Below are positions 19,728-32,159 of a stretch of DNA of 64,000 nt, piece after piece. The stretch spans positions 2,560,001 to 2,624,000 of the forward strand of contig CBDDPY010000002.1 of assembly GCA_965232515.1 (NCBI GenBank). Reading direction: 5' to 3'. This stretch comes from Alphaproteobacteria bacterium. GTDB taxonomy: Bacteria; Pseudomonadota; Alphaproteobacteria; GCA-2731375. A program made the position numbers and the translations under genes. Positions within the stretch are counted from its first letter, which is position 1. Each line of letters starts with the position of its first letter. Below the pieces are notes generated by a model. The model was not told the origin of the DNA and searched no databases. It worked only from the letters and a program-made list of their open reading frames with translations.

Positions 19728-20503
19728 AGCGTGATCGTCCCCTCCATATAGAAGGCGCAGGCGCCGGTGAGATGGACACGGTCGTCGATCAGTTCGCATA
19801 CGAGATCGCCGCCGCGCTCGGAAATTTGCCGCGCCGTCAACACCGACTTGTCGAGCTTCATCGCCCAGTAAGGCGCGCCCATGCAATGCGCCGAACCCGT
19901 GACCGGGTCCTCGTTGATGCCGGAGACCGGCGCGAAGAACCGTGAGACGAAATCGACGTCGCGGCCCGGCGCCGTCGCCATCACATTCGCGCCTTCCAGC
20001 CGCCCAAGACTGTTGAAGTCCGGCGTCAGTACCTCGATCTCTTCTTCGTTGGCATAGACCAACATGTAGAAGCGGGCTTTCAGGATCTCGACCGGCGCGC
20101 CGCCTATGGATTCCACCAGGCCGGGCGGCGGCTCGACAGGTTCGGGCGGCAGAGCCGGGAAATCCATTTTCAGCCGGTCGCCGTCGCGCCGCACATGGAG
20201 CGGCCCGGACAGCGTGTCGAACGCCACAGCGTCCGTTCCCGGACGCAGATAGTTCAGCACGACATGACCGCTGGCAAGCGTCGCATGGCCGCAGAGCGGG
20301 ACCTCGACCGCCGGCGTGAACCAGCGCAAATGATAGCCCTCGTCGTTCGATACGATGAAAGCCGTCTCGGAAAGGTTGTTCTCGGCAGCGATCGCCTGCA
20401 GCGTCGCATCGTCCAGCCAGTCGTCGAGCGGGCAGACGGCGGCGGGATTGCCAGCAAACGGCCGGTCGGTGAACGCGTCGATCTGATAGAGCTTGATCTG
20501 CAT
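19724..20503 (-). CDS. PhzF family isomerase
   Basis: IDAFTDRPFAGNPAAV, NLSETAF, EVPLCGHAT, EDPVTGSAH. Confidence 0.93.
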   Translation of the reverse strand: MQIKLYQIDAFTDRPFAGNPAAVCPLDDWLDDATLQAIAAENNLSETAFIVSNDEGYHLRWFTPAVEVPLCGHATLASGHVVLNYLRPGTDAVAFDTLSGPLHVRRDGDRLKMDFPALPPEPVEPPPGLVESIGGAPVEILKARFYMLVYANEEEIEVLTPDFNSLGRLEGANVMATAPGRDVDFVSRFFAPVSGINEDPVTGSAHCMGAPYWAMKLDKSVLTARQISERGGDLVCELIDDRVHLTGACAFYMEGTITL

Positions 20504-20554
20504 TGGGACATTCCTGCTGCGTCGCGGCGCCCGCACTGACTCTTGGCGGCGCCA

Positions 20555-20584
20555 TGTCCCCGCCGCCTGCCGACGGCGGGGACA
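20555..20584. other. GC-rich stem-loop downstream of the DUF1127 gene
   Basis: Perfect 11-bp inverted repeat TGTCCCCGCCG/CGGCGGGGACA with no U-tract. Confidence 0.5.
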
Positions 20585-20594
20585 ATTGAAGGAT

Positions 20595-20840
20595 CTAAGC
20601 GCGCCAGAAAGGTTTGCGGCTCTCCTGATCAACCTGGATGCGGGTCAGGCCTACGTCCTTGAGCATGCGGTCATCCATTTCGCCTAGCGCATGCCGTTCG
20701 GCAGCACGCGACTGCCAGAGCAGCAGCAGATCGAAGAGCCCGAAGCGGCGCCGTACCAGACCGTTGGTCCATTTGCCGGCCGGCCGCCGATTCAAGTTCG
20801 GATGGATTGTATGCGTCCAATTTTTCGCAAAATCGCTCAT
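20595..20840 (-). CDS. DUF1127 domain small protein
   Basis: WQSRAAERHALGEMDDRMLKDVGLTR...ESRKPFWR signature. Confidence 0.88.
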   Translation of the reverse strand: MSDFAKNWTHTIHPNLNRRPAGKWTNGLVRRRFGLFDLLLLWQSRAAERHALGEMDDRMLKDVGLTRIQVDQESRKPFWRA

Positions 20841-20892
20841 TGCCTGACTCCATCAATATGTTGTTGCCAACAATCTCCCTGACGTTTTTGGA

Positions 20893-20953
20893 ACAATGTG
20901 ACAATAAGCTTGACATTGTCTCCAAACAAGCGAAATATTGTCATGATGACAAT
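20893..20953. promoter_or_regulatory. MocR-type operator repeats (ATTGTC/GACAAT)
   Basis: Perfect palindrome ATTGTCAT-G-ATGACAAT (20937-20953) over the start codon; further GACAAT (20900) and ATTGTC (20915). Confidence 0.65.
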
Positions 20954-22334
20954 TTGGGTTCCCGATTTGTCGAACCGCGACGGGCCGCTCTATTCGGCCA
21001 TCGCGGACGCCATCGACGACGCGGTCCGGAGCGGCGATCTGCCGCCGGATTCGCGGCTACCCCCGCAGCGCGAGCTGGCCTGGCGGCTCGGCGTCACGGT
21101 CGGCACGGTGACGCGGGCCTATGCGCTGGCCGAGCAGCGCGGCGCGGTATCCGCCCATGTCGGCCGCGGCACCTTCGTTCGGCCCTCGCCCGGCTACGCC
21201 GTGGCCTCGCCCTACTTTCCCGATCCGGCCCCGAACATCATCGATCTCAGCGTCAACACGCCGCTCTACGATCTGCCGTCGGAGGCCCTGCGCCGAGCCC
21301 TCGCCGATCTCTCCCGCCGCCCCGATCTCGACGCCCTATTGCGCTACACACCCGATCGGGGGCATGAGCGGCATCGGGCGGCCGGCGCCATTTGGATGCG
21401 CCGGGTCGGCATCGAGGCGACGCCCGACTGTGTCGTGCTCGCCAATGGCGTTCAGCAGGGCCTGACCACGGCGCTGCTCACCCTGACGCAGCCGGGCGAC
21501 ACCGTGCTGACCGAGGAGCTGACCTATGGCGGCATCATCGAAGCCGCCCAGATCTGCCGCGTCGGCTTGCGCGGCCTCGCCATGGACGCGGATGGCATCA
21601 TCCCCGACGCGCTGGCCGAGGTGGCGACGGAGACCGGCGCGCGGGTGCTGGTGACCAACCCGACGATCCACAATCCGACATCGATCGACGTGCCCGAACA
21701 GCGGCGGCGTGAGCTGCTGGCGATCGCCGAGGCGCACGACATGCTGATCGTCGAGGACGACGTCTATGGCAACCTGCCGGCCGAGCGCGCGCCGCCCATG
21801 GCCGCCCTGGCGCCGGATCGCGTGGTCTATGTGACCAGTGCCTCGAAATGCATGGCGCCGGGCCTGCGGGTCGCCTGGCTCGCCTGCCCGGAGAAGCTCG
21901 CCGGACGGATCGCCGAGTCGATCCACATGCAGGCGGTCTGCCTGCCGCCGCTGACGGCCGAGATCGCCACCATGTGGATCGAGGACGGCACCGGCGATGA
22001 GCTGGCCCAGAGCATTGCCGACGAGGCGACGGCGCGCCAGGACCTGGCGACCGAGGCTTTCGACGGCCTGGACTGGCACAGCCATCCGAACGGCTTTCAC
22101 GGCCTGCTCTACCTGCCGAGTCCCTGGCGGCGCGAGACCTTCGCGGCGGCGGCGGCGCAACGCGGCGTGCGCATCGTGCCCGCCGGCACCTTCGCCGTCG
22201 GCCAGACCACGGCGCCGCATGCGGTGCGTCTGGCCCTGATCGCCGCGCGCGACCGCGCGGTGCTGGGCCAGGCGCTGTCGACGCTGTCGGAACTCGCCCG
22301 CTCCGCGCCCGGATCGCGGGGCATCGTTATCTGA
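20943..22334 (+). CDS. MocR/GabR family regulator (GntR HTH fused to PLP aminotransferase domain)
   Basis: RLPPQRELAWRLGVTVGTVTRAY HTH; IVEDDVYG, SASKCMAPGLRVAW. Confidence 0.92.
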   Translation: MMTIWVPDLSNRDGPLYSAIADAIDDAVRSGDLPPDSRLPPQRELAWRLGVTVGTVTRAYALAEQRGAVSAHVGRGTFVRPSPGYAVASPYFPDPAPNIIDLSVNTPLYDLPSEALRRALADLSRRPDLDALLRYTPDRGHERHRAAGAIWMRRVGIEATPDCVVLANGVQQGLTTALLTLTQPGDTVLTEELTYGGIIEAAQICRVGLRGLAMDADGIIPDALAEVATETGARVLVTNPTIHNPTSIDVPEQRRRELLAIAEAHDMLIVEDDVYGNLPAERAPPMAALAPDRVVYVTSASKCMAPGLRVAWLACPEKLAGRIAESIHMQAVCLPPLTAEIATMWIEDGTGDELAQSIADEATARQDLATEAFDGLDWHSHPNGFHGLLYLPSPWRRETFAAAAAQRGVRIVPAGTFAVGQTTAPHAVRLALIAARDRAVLGQALSTLSELARSAPGSRGIVI

Positions 22335-22408
22335 CCCATCGCGCTACGGTGGCAACGAATGCTGCGGCGTGCCAAGCTTTCGGCCGATTCCGGATTGCGG
22401 AGGCGCGG

Positions 22409-23517
22409 ATGGCGATGCCCGAAAACGATCACCTGCCGCATCGCGCGGAACATGTCGGCAGCTTGCTGCGGCCAGAGAATTTGAAGCAGGCGGCACGGCA
22501 GCATCGGCTTGGCGCGATCGACGACGACGCGTTTGAAAAAACCGTCGAGGAGGAAATCGCAAACGCCATCCGCTTGCAGGAAGAGGTCGGCCTGCGCTCG
22601 ATCACCGACGGCGAGTTTCGGCGCAGCTCTTGGTTCGGCTTCTACTTCGACGGTCTCTCGGGACTCAGTCTGAAGGACAGCCGTTTCAGCTTCCGCGACG
22701 CCGAGGGCAAGACCTATACCTGGCCAACCTGCTATTTCGACGGCCCGCTGCGCCGCACGCGGCCCATCTGCCTGCCCGAGTTCCAGACCATCGCCCGGCA
22801 CACGACGGCGGTGCCGAAGGCGACGATGCCGTCACCCAGCGCCTTTCATTTCTTCCGCGGCCGCGAGGCGGTCGATCCCACGGTCTATCCAGAGCTCGGC
22901 TTGTTCTGGGACGATCTTGTCGCGGTCTATCGTCAGGAGATCGCCGACCTCGCCGCGGCCGGCTGCCGATATCTGCAGTTCGACGAGGTGCCGCTCGCCA
23001 TGCTGTGCGACGCCAACGTGCGGCAGCAGATCAGCGATGCCGGCGAGGCGCCGGAAGCTTTCATCGGCATGTATCTCGACGTCATGGGGCGTGTGCTTGC
23101 CGACGTGCCGTCGGACATGACCGTCGGCATGCATATGTGCCGCGGCAACTTCCGCTCGCGCTGGATGGCGGAAGGCGGCTACGAGCCGGTCGCGGAACGC
23201 CTGTTCGGCGAGCTGCCGGTCGACGCGTTCTTTCTGGAATACGACAGCCCGCGGGCCGGCGATTTTTCGCCGCTGCGCCTGATGGGCGCCGATAAATCGG
23301 TGGTTCTCGGCATCATCAGCACGAAGACATCGGAACTGGAGCCGGTCGACGAGTTGAGCCGGCGTATCGACGAGGCAAGCCGGTACGTGCCGCTGGACCG
23401 CCTGGCGGTCAGCCCGCAATGCGGTTTCGCCAGCGTCGCCGGCGGCAACAGCATCGGCGAGGCCGACCAGAAGGCGAAGCTCAGGCTTGTCGTCGAGCTG
23501 GCCGACGCGATCTGGGG

Positions 23518-23521
<4 letters not shown>
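22409..23521 (+). CDS. Cobalamin-independent methionine synthase catalytic-domain-only protein (MetE C-terminal-like)
   Basis: HVGSLLRP, TDGEFRR; Zn ligands in HMCRGN, FLEYD, SPQCGF. Confidence 0.85.
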
Positions 23522-25670
<2,149 letters not shown>

Positions 25671-25748
25671 GCAACACACCCACGCGCGTTCGCCGACGAA
25701 TCACGGCCGGTCAAAACCTAACATATGCCGGGGATTCCTGCGCAACGC

Positions 25749-26855
25749 TTAACATGAGCCGCCTGTGATCAGTGCGTGCCAAATCGTCACGGCCTGACGG
25801 CTTTCGGCAACGTCATGCAAGCGGACGATCTGGACGCCCTGAGCCAGTCCCTGCAGCATGGCCGCAAGCGAGCCCGGCAGACGCGCCGATGGCGTCTTTT
25901 CGCCACTCAATCGCCCGATGAATCCCTTTCGCGACACGCCGAGCAACAATGGGCAGCCCAGGCCGTGGAACAGCGACAGCCCGCGCAGCAGCTGGAGATT
26001 GTGCGACAACGTCTTGCCGAAGCCGATGCCGGGATCGATAACCAGCCGCTCACGGGCGATGCCGGCCGCTTCGCAGACGTCGATCCGATCCGCCAGAAAG
26101 TCGTAGACGTCGAGCAGCACGTCGTCATAGACGGGATCGTCCTGCATGGACGCCGGATCGCCCTGCGCATGCATCAGCACGACCGGAAGGCCGCTCCCGG
26201 CGGCGACGGCAAGGCTCTCGGGCTCATGGCGAAGTGCGCTGACATCGTTGATGACGGCGGCTCCCGCGGCGACCGCGGATCGCATGACGGCGGCATGCCG
26301 GGTGTCGATCGACAGCGGCGACGGCGCGTTCGACAGTCCGGCCAGCACCGGCAGGATACGCTCGACCTCAACGCCGGCCGGTGTTTCCGCCGCGCCGGGA
26401 CGCGTCGACTCGCCGCCAACATCGATGAGATCGGCGCCGGCTTGCACCATTTCCCAGGCGTGGTCGATCGCCGCCTCGGTGTCGACGAAGGCGCCGCCGT
26501 CCGAAAAGCTGTCCGGCGTCACATTCAAAACGCCCATCAGCCGCGGCCGGTCCATCGTCAGACCGGCGATATCGGCGCGGGGCGCCGTCAGCCGACCCAG
26601 CCGCGCCTGAACCTCGGCATGACGCGCTTCGCCAACGGATGCCGCCCATTCCAGGACCTGATCGATCGAGGCAATCGCATCGGCATCGCCCGGCCGCAGC
26701 CGTACCTGCAGATCTTCGAAGGCGAGGGGACCGCCGGCGAGCGGCCGGCAGGCCGGCCCGAGATCGCCGGTACGGGCCGGGATTGGACGCAGGTAAAGCC
26801 GGGTATCGTCGGCGACGACGCGCGGCAACGCGGCTAACGATCGGGAAGCGGTCAT
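25749..26855 (-). CDS. folP: Dihydropteroate synthase
   Basis: MGVLNVTPDSFSDGG, GGESTRPGA, IDPGIGFGK, GVSRK. Confidence 0.96.
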   Translation of the reverse strand: MTASRSLAALPRVVADDTRLYLRPIPARTGDLGPACRPLAGGPLAFEDLQVRLRPGDADAIASIDQVLEWAASVGEARHAEVQARLGRLTAPRADIAGLTMDRPRLMGVLNVTPDSFSDGGAFVDTEAAIDHAWEMVQAGADLIDVGGESTRPGAAETPAGVEVERILPVLAGLSNAPSPLSIDTRHAAVMRSAVAAGAAVINDVSALRHEPESLAVAAGSGLPVVLMHAQGDPASMQDDPVYDDVLLDVYDFLADRIDVCEAAGIARERLVIDPGIGFGKTLSHNLQLLRGLSLFHGLGCPLLLGVSRKGFIGRLSGEKTPSARLPGSLAAMLQGLAQGVQIVRLHDVAESRQAVTIWHALITGGSC

Positions 26856-26892
26856 CGAAGAAATGGTGCGGCCGGCCGAAGCCGGCCGGTCC

Positions 26893-28824
26893 TCAGGAGC
26901 CCGGCTGCGGTTCCGGCTCCATGCTGCCCGGATTTTCGTTGCCCTTGGGCTTGCCGGACGATGGCACCGAGGTCGAGGCCGCGGCGTCCTCGGGTGGCTC
27001 GCTCAGATCCTCGCGGACGATGGTTTCGCCGCGCAGCAGCCCGCGAACCTCTTCGCCGGACAGGGTCTCGTACTCCAGCAGCGCCTTGGCCACATTGTGC
27101 AGGTCGTCCATATGCTCTTCCAGCACCTGGCGCGCCCGGCCTTCGGCCGTCTCGACCAACTTCCGGATTTCCTCGTCGATGATCTGCGCCGTCGCCTCGG
27201 AGATGTTCTTACGCTGGGTGACCGAATGGCCGAGGAAAATCTCCTCGTCATTCTCGTGATAACGCAACGGACCGAGCTTCTCGCTCATGCCGTATTCCGT
27301 CACCATGGCCCGCGCCCAATTGGTCGCCTGCTGGATGTCGTTGCCGGCGCCCGTGGTGACATTCTCCTTGCCGTAGATCAGCTCTTCGGCGACCCGGCCG
27401 CCGAAGGCCATGGCCAGGCGCGCTTCGATCTCCATCTTCTTGTGGCTCAGACGGTCGCGCTCCGGCAGGTTCATGGTCACGCCCAGCGCGCGTCCGCGCG
27501 GAATGATCGTCACCTTGTGCAGCGGATCGTTGCCCGGAATGAACAGACTGACGAGCGCATGACCGGTCTCGTGATAGGCCGTCATTTCCTTCTCGTCGTC
27601 GGTCATGACCATGGAGCGCCGCTCGGTGCCCATCATGACCTTGTCCTTGGCGGACTCGAACTCGTTCATGGTGACGACGCGCTTGTTCTTGCGCGCCGCC
27701 AGCAGCGCCGCCTCGTTCACCAGGTTCGCGAGGTCGGCGCCGGAAAAGCCGGGCGTGCCGCGCGCCACGGTGCGCACATCGACGTCGGGCGCAATCGGCA
27801 CCTTGCGCATATGTACTTTCAGGATCTGCTCGCGGCCGAGAATATCGGGGTTGGGCACCACGACCTGACGGTCGAAACGGCCCGGACGCAGCAGCGCCGG
27901 GTCCAGCACGTCCGGCCGGTTCGTCGCCGCGATCAGGATCACGCCGTCGTTCGCCTCGAAGCCGTCCATTTCGACCAGCAGCTGGTTCAGCGTCTGCTCG
28001 CGCTCGTCGTTGCCGCCGCCGAGGCCGGCGCCGCGATGCCGGCCGACGGCATCGATTTCGTCGATGAAGATAATGCAGGGCGCGTTCTTCTTCGCCTGCT
28101 CGAACATGTCGCGCACACGGCTGGCGCCGACGCCGACGAACATCTCGACAAAGTCGGAGCCGGAAATCGTGAAGAACGGCACGTTCGCCTCACCGGCGAT
28201 GGCGCGGGCCAGCAGCGTCTTACCGGTACCAGGCGGGCCGACCAGCAGCGCGCCCTTCGGGATGCGCCCGCCCAGCCGCTGGAACTTCTGCGGGTCCTTC
28301 AGGAACTCGACGATCTCTTCCAGTTCTTCCTTGGCCTCCTCGATGCCGGCGACGTCATCGAATGTGACGCGTCCCGATCGTTCGGTCAGCAATCGGGCTT
28401 TCGATTTGCCGAAGCCCATGGCTTTACCGCCGCCGGACTGCATCTGTCGCATGAAGAAGATCCAGACGCCGATCAGCAGCAGCATCGGGAACCAGTTCAG
28501 CAGGATCGCGAACAGCGTCGGCGTGCCTTCCTCGTCCGGCGCCGCGTTGATCGTGATACCGCGGTCCGCGAGGCGTTGGACCAGATCGGGATCGTCGGGC
28601 GCATAGGTGTTGAAGGCGCGGCCATCCGTATAGTGACCGGAAATCGACCGGCCCTTAATGGTCACATCGCGAATGTCGCCGGAATTCACTTCCGCGAGGA
28701 AATCGGAGTAGGCGCGCGTCGAACTCGGCCCGCGCTGGGAAGGACTTTGAAATAGATTGAAAACGGCAAGCACCAGCAAGCCGATAATCACCCACAAAAC
28801 GATGTTGCGGCTGAAATTATTCAC
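26893..28824 (-). CDS. ftsH: ATP-dependent zinc metalloprotease FtsH
   Basis: Two TM segments, Walker [27 protein letters not shown] zinc motif. Confidence 0.98.
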   Translation of the reverse strand: MNNFSRNIVLWVIIGLLVLAVFNLFQSPSQRGPSSTRAYSDFLAEVNSGDIRDVTIKGRSISGHYTDGRAFNTYAPDDPDLVQRLADRGITINAAPDEEGTPTLFAILLNWFPMLLLIGVWIFFMRQMQSGGGKAMGFGKSKARLLTERSGRVTFDDVAGIEEAKEELEEIVEFLKDPQKFQRLGGRIPKGALLVGPPGTGKTLLARAIAGEANVPFFTISGSDFVEMFVGVGASRVRDMFEQAKKNAPCIIFIDEIDAVGRHRGAGLGGGNDEREQTLNQLLVEMDGFEANDGVILIAATNRPDVLDPALLRPGRFDRQVVVPNPDILGREQILKVHMRKVPIAPDVDVRTVARGTPGFSGADLANLVNEAALLAARKNKRVVTMNEFESAKDKVMMGTERRSMVMTDDEKEMTAYHETGHALVSLFIPGNDPLHKVTIIPRGRALGVTMNLPERDRLSHKKMEIEARLAMAFGGRVAEELIYGKENVTTGAGNDIQQATNWARAMVTEYGMSEKLGPLRYHENDEEIFLGHSVTQRKNISEATAQIIDEEIRKLVETAEGRARQVLEEHMDDLHNVAKALLEYETLSGEEVRGLLRGETIVREDLSEPPEDAAASTSVPSSGKPKGNENPGSMEPEPQPGS

Positions 28825-28947
28825 GACGTTTACTTCTCCCGCGCCGCCGGCGCCTCGCTTGATGGCAGCTGATGCCAGGACTTAAGGTCGACGCCCATTC
28901 ATTACAACATTTCCAAGCTAGGCTTTAAAGATAATGTGACCAAATCG

Positions 28948-30267
28948 TTAGGCAAGCGTGAAGCTGTCCGAAACCAGCGATTGGGGCGGACTGAAAATGG
29001 CCGAAAATGGTGGTTCGGTGTCGCTTTTCGGGCAAATAAGGGGGATATGCGGGGCGTATAGCAGTCTATCGCAGTGCCAAAGGGATGGCAGGCTCGGCCG
29101 GACAGCCCTCGGAAGCGTGGTAAACGCCGTTTCGGCGATTTGACGCCAGCCCTCCGCGCCCAGCCGCCGCACCTGCAACATGCCGTCATCGGACAATCGG
29201 ATGCCGTCGGCGATCCGGATCGAAAATCGGTCCCAGCGCCCCTGCCACCCGGGGACGACATCAACCGTCTCCCTCAAGCGGCCGACTTCACGGCAGATCA
29301 GCAAGCGTCCAGGCCCAAGCAACAGCCGGCAACCGCCGAGCGTGCGCCCGCCGGATGTATCTGACCCGACCAGCCAGCCGTCGAGCGCCGCTAGCGGACC
29401 GGCACGGGGCGGATAGAACGAACCGCCGATGCACATCAGCAGACGGCTGAGCAGGCGCTGTCGGACCGCCATCGGCGCCGCGCCATAACGCGATAGCGAA
29501 AGGCAGGCGTATCCGGCCTGATGCAGGTCGACGGCGGCTGCCGCGAGATCCGATGTCATCGCCGACATGGCGCGGCGGTGTTGGCCGAAGGCGTGGACGG
29601 TCCGGGTCAGCCCTGCCAACTCCGCCGCGGTCAGCCGCGACAGCCGTCGGCGCAGATGACTGCGGCGGAACGCCGGATCCCGATTGCTCGGATCGTCGAT
29701 CCAGCATTGATCGTTTTGCTCGAGCAACTCGACGAGTTGCAATTTCGGCGTGGTCAGCAGCGGGCGCAGAAGCCTGATGCCGGCAACCACGGACAGCGCC
29801 GACATGCCAGCCAGGCCGTCGAGGCCGCTATGGCGTTCAAGCCGCATGAGAAACGTCTCGACCTGATCGTCCCGGTGATGCGCCAGCAGAAGGTGCAATA
29901 CCCCATTCTGCCGGCACCAGCCGGTCAGCAGATCATATCGTGCCTGCCGTGCAGCCGCCTGAATGCCGCTCGCCGGCAGCGGGCCATGCCGGACCAGGGT
30001 GTGATGTTCGATCCCCCGCTGGGCGAGCCACACGCCGACCTGACGGCATTCCGCCGCGGCCTCCGGCCTCATGCCATGATCGACCGTGAGGCCGATGACC
30101 TTGCCGTTGCGGCCGTTCGCCCATGCATCGGCAAACAAGGTCAGCGCTAAGCTGTCCGCACCACCGGACACGGCGACGGCGACGACAGGCGCATCTTCGA
30201 ACGGGCCGAGCGCCGCCATGGCGGCGTCGAAGTCGTCCGACGGCAAACCGTCCGGCGGCGCGCGCAA
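28948..30267 (-). CDS. tilS: tRNA(Ile)-lysidine synthase
   Basis: PP-loop AVSGGADS, VDHGMR, AHHRDDQVET, DDPSN; between cpoB and ftsH; start approximate. Confidence 0.92.
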   Translation of the reverse strand: MRAPPDGLPSDDFDAAMAALGPFEDAPVVAVAVSGGADSLALTLFADAWANGRNGKVIGLTVDHGMRPEAAAECRQVGVWLAQRGIEHHTLVRHGPLPASGIQAAARQARYDLLTGWCRQNGVLHLLLAHHRDDQVETFLMRLERHSGLDGLAGMSALSVVAGIRLLRPLLTTPKLQLVELLEQNDQCWIDDPSNRDPAFRRSHLRRRLSRLTAAELAGLTRTVHAFGQHRRAMSAMTSDLAAAAVDLHQAGYACLSLSRYGAAPMAVRQRLLSRLLMCIGGSFYPPRAGPLAALDGWLVGSDTSGGRTLGGCRLLLGPGRLLICREVGRLRETVDVVPGWQGRWDRFSIRIADGIRLSDDGMLQVRRLGAEGWRQIAETAFTTLPRAVRPSLPSLWHCDRLLYAPHIPLICPKSDTEPPFSAIFSPPQSLVSDSFTLA

Positions 30268-30275
30268 GATCGACG

Positions 30276-31217
30276 CTAGCCGCAGTCCGTCCGCTGCTTT
30301 TGCTGTTCCGCGTTGCTGCGGATGCGGTTATCGGCATCGGGAAAGCTGCGCAGCAGCTCGTTCCAGGTGTTGCACGCTTCGGCCGGCTGGCCCAGTTCGC
30401 GCAGCGTGATGCCAAGCTTCAGCAACGTATCCGGCGCTTTGGTGCTGGCCGGATACTGCTTGATGCCTTGCAGGAAAGCCGCTGCCGCGGCGTCGAATTG
30501 ATTGCGCACATAGAACGTTTCGCCCAGCCAGTACTGGGCGTTCGCCGCCAGATCATCGTCGGGGTGCGCCGCAAGAAACTCCGTAAATGCTTGTTCCGCT
30601 CGGTCGAATTCAGACTTACGCAGTAACGAGAAGGCGAAGTTGTAGCGCTCCATCGGCGAGCCGTCCGGCAACACCGTGCCGGGCGCGGCCGGCGCCGCCG
30701 CCGCCTGCTGCGTGCCTTCGCGTTGGCCCGCCGCGGCCTGAACCTGCTGTCCGAAGCCGGTCGCGGCCGGTGGCGCGGCTGGCGGCGAAACGCCGTCGGC
30801 CGCCGCTGCCCCAGCTTGGGGCGGCGCGCCCGCGCCGCGCTCCAGCTCGCCGAGGCGAAAGTCGACATCGCCAACCAGCTTGTCCAGCCGGGTGCTGATC
30901 TGCCGCAGCCTGAAGCTCACTTCTTCGATGCGGCCGGTCAAGTTACGCAGCTCGTTCTCGAGCTGCGTCATCCGCACTTCGGCTTCGGCGATACGCGCCG
31001 TCGAGGGCGCCGAAAAACTGTCGGGCGACCGGGCGGTCACACCGCCGCGCGGCGTCTCGCCGCGATAGACCAGAGGTTCGAGGTCGCGGAGACTACGCTC
31101 CAGACGCTCAATTCGATCGACCAGCGCATCGACGTTCTGCGCCGTCGCCACATCGGGCTGAACGATCGCCGCGACGATTCCTACCATCGAGAAAAATAGC
31201 GTTGGTTTTCGGATCAT
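30276..31217 (-). CDS. cpoB: Tol-Pal system protein CpoB/YbgF
   Basis: Signal peptide, coiled coil, TPR ANAQYWLGE and KAPDTLLKLG; downstream of pal. Confidence 0.9.
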   Translation of the reverse strand: MIRKPTLFFSMVGIVAAIVQPDVATAQNVDALVDRIERLERSLRDLEPLVYRGETPRGGVTARSPDSFSAPSTARIAEAEVRMTQLENELRNLTGRIEEVSFRLRQISTRLDKLVGDVDFRLGELERGAGAPPQAGAAAADGVSPPAAPPAATGFGQQVQAAAGQREGTQQAAAAPAAPGTVLPDGSPMERYNFAFSLLRKSEFDRAEQAFTEFLAAHPDDDLAANAQYWLGETFYVRNQFDAAAAAFLQGIKQYPASTKAPDTLLKLGITLRELGQPAEACNTWNELLRSFPDADNRIRSNAEQQKQRTDCG

Positions 31218-31358
31218 GGCTCGGTTCCACCTGATCTGCCGCGGCGGCATGTCCAGTGGCGGCTCGACGGCAGACTGTCGAAAGAATGCGGCGAAAATAC
31301 GATCACCCGCTCGCCTGCGGATCGGTTCGCGCCGATGCACCCAGGCCTCATGTCGGCG

Positions 31359-31401
31359 AAAACGAAAACGGGATGCTGGCTCGGAGCAGCCAGCATCCCG
31401 T
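31359..31401 (-). terminator. Intrinsic terminator after pal
   Basis: 14-bp perfect stem ACGGGATGCTGGCT/AGCCAGCATCCCGT followed by a T-rich tract on the minus strand. Confidence 0.75.
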
Positions 31402-31440
31402 CGAACTCGGAATTGGCGCTGGAAACGCAGCGCCGAAGCG

Positions 31441-31992
31441 CTAGTTGACGACGGCGACGCCGCGGCGGTTTTGCGACCAGCAGGCTTCGTTGTGAGCCAC
31501 GCAGCCCGGCCGCTCCTTGCCATACGATATCGTCGCTATCCGGTCGGGATTGACGCCAAGCGCGATCAGGTAATTTCTCGCCGACGTCGCCCGCCGCTCA
31601 CCCAGCGCCAGGTTGTACTCGCGGGTACCGCGCTCGTCGGCATGCCCTTCAACCGTGACCGTGACATCGGGATACTGCTTCAGCCAAGCGGCCCAGCGCT
31701 CGATGGTGGCGCGCGATTGCGGCTTCAAATCGAATTTGTCGAAATCATAAAAAACGCGGTCGCCCACATTCTCGACAAAGTCTTCGTAGCTGCCGGGTGT
31801 CGGACCAGCCGGCGCCTGGGTCGAAGACACGGACGGCGACGTCGTGGTCGTCGTCTGCGTGCTGGTCGTCTGCTGAGCGCCGCCCTGCCCGCTGGTATCG
31901 GCGGACTCCTCCGGTGCGGTTTCGCACGCGGCTACAAGCAAAACCGCCGCGGCAAGACAAATGCCTTTTAACCCAAATTTTTCAAAGCGCAT
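31441..31992 (-). CDS. pal: Peptidoglycan-associated lipoprotein
   Basis: Lipobox VAAC; EGHADERGTREYNLALGERRA; SYGKERP...NRR. Confidence 0.97.
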   Translation of the reverse strand: MRFEKFGLKGICLAAAVLLVAACETAPEESADTSGQGGAQQTTSTQTTTTTSPSVSSTQAPAGPTPGSYEDFVENVGDRVFYDFDKFDLKPQSRATIERWAAWLKQYPDVTVTVEGHADERGTREYNLALGERRATSARNYLIALGVNPDRIATISYGKERPGCVAHNEACWSQNRRGVAVVN

Positions 31993-32151
31993 CAAGGAGG
32001 CTCCTTTTGACCGCTGACGCAAAGTGTCCCGGAGATGAGTAACGAGGATTACTTACAGTACCCGGCAAACGCTCCGACAATCTGCCCTCATTCCCATTTA
32101 ACTGCGTCACCGGGAGTTGATACCTGCATTTGCGCCGGAATGTACTTAGAT

Positions 32152-32159
32152 ATGGTTAA
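32152..32159 (-). promoter_or_regulatory. CtrA extended half-site TTAACCAT upstream of pal
   Basis: Exact TTAACCAT on the minus strand, overlapping the tolB TAA stop. Confidence 0.45.

Noticed and set aside
19257-20585. 442-aa ORF suggesting a PhzF-GNAT fusion or frameshift
   Set aside because: The upstream part is an off-frame shadow of PhzF; GNAT has its own GTG overlapping the PhzF stop
20504-20594. Cuckoo/CcsR sRNA repeats expected after a DUF1127 gene
   Set aside because: No CCTCCTCCC motif on the coding strand; only a single hairpin
22360-22376. Sigma54-like TGGCACG...GC on the minus strand
   Set aside because: GG-to-GC spacing is one base short of the -24/-12 requirement, and it points antisense into the MocR gene
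26863-28755. 630-aa antisense ORF over ftsH, and similar long antisense ORFs over tkt (41853-44063), purA, pgk and metY
   Set aside because: Typical stop-poor shadow frames of high-GC coding DNA with no recognisable motifs
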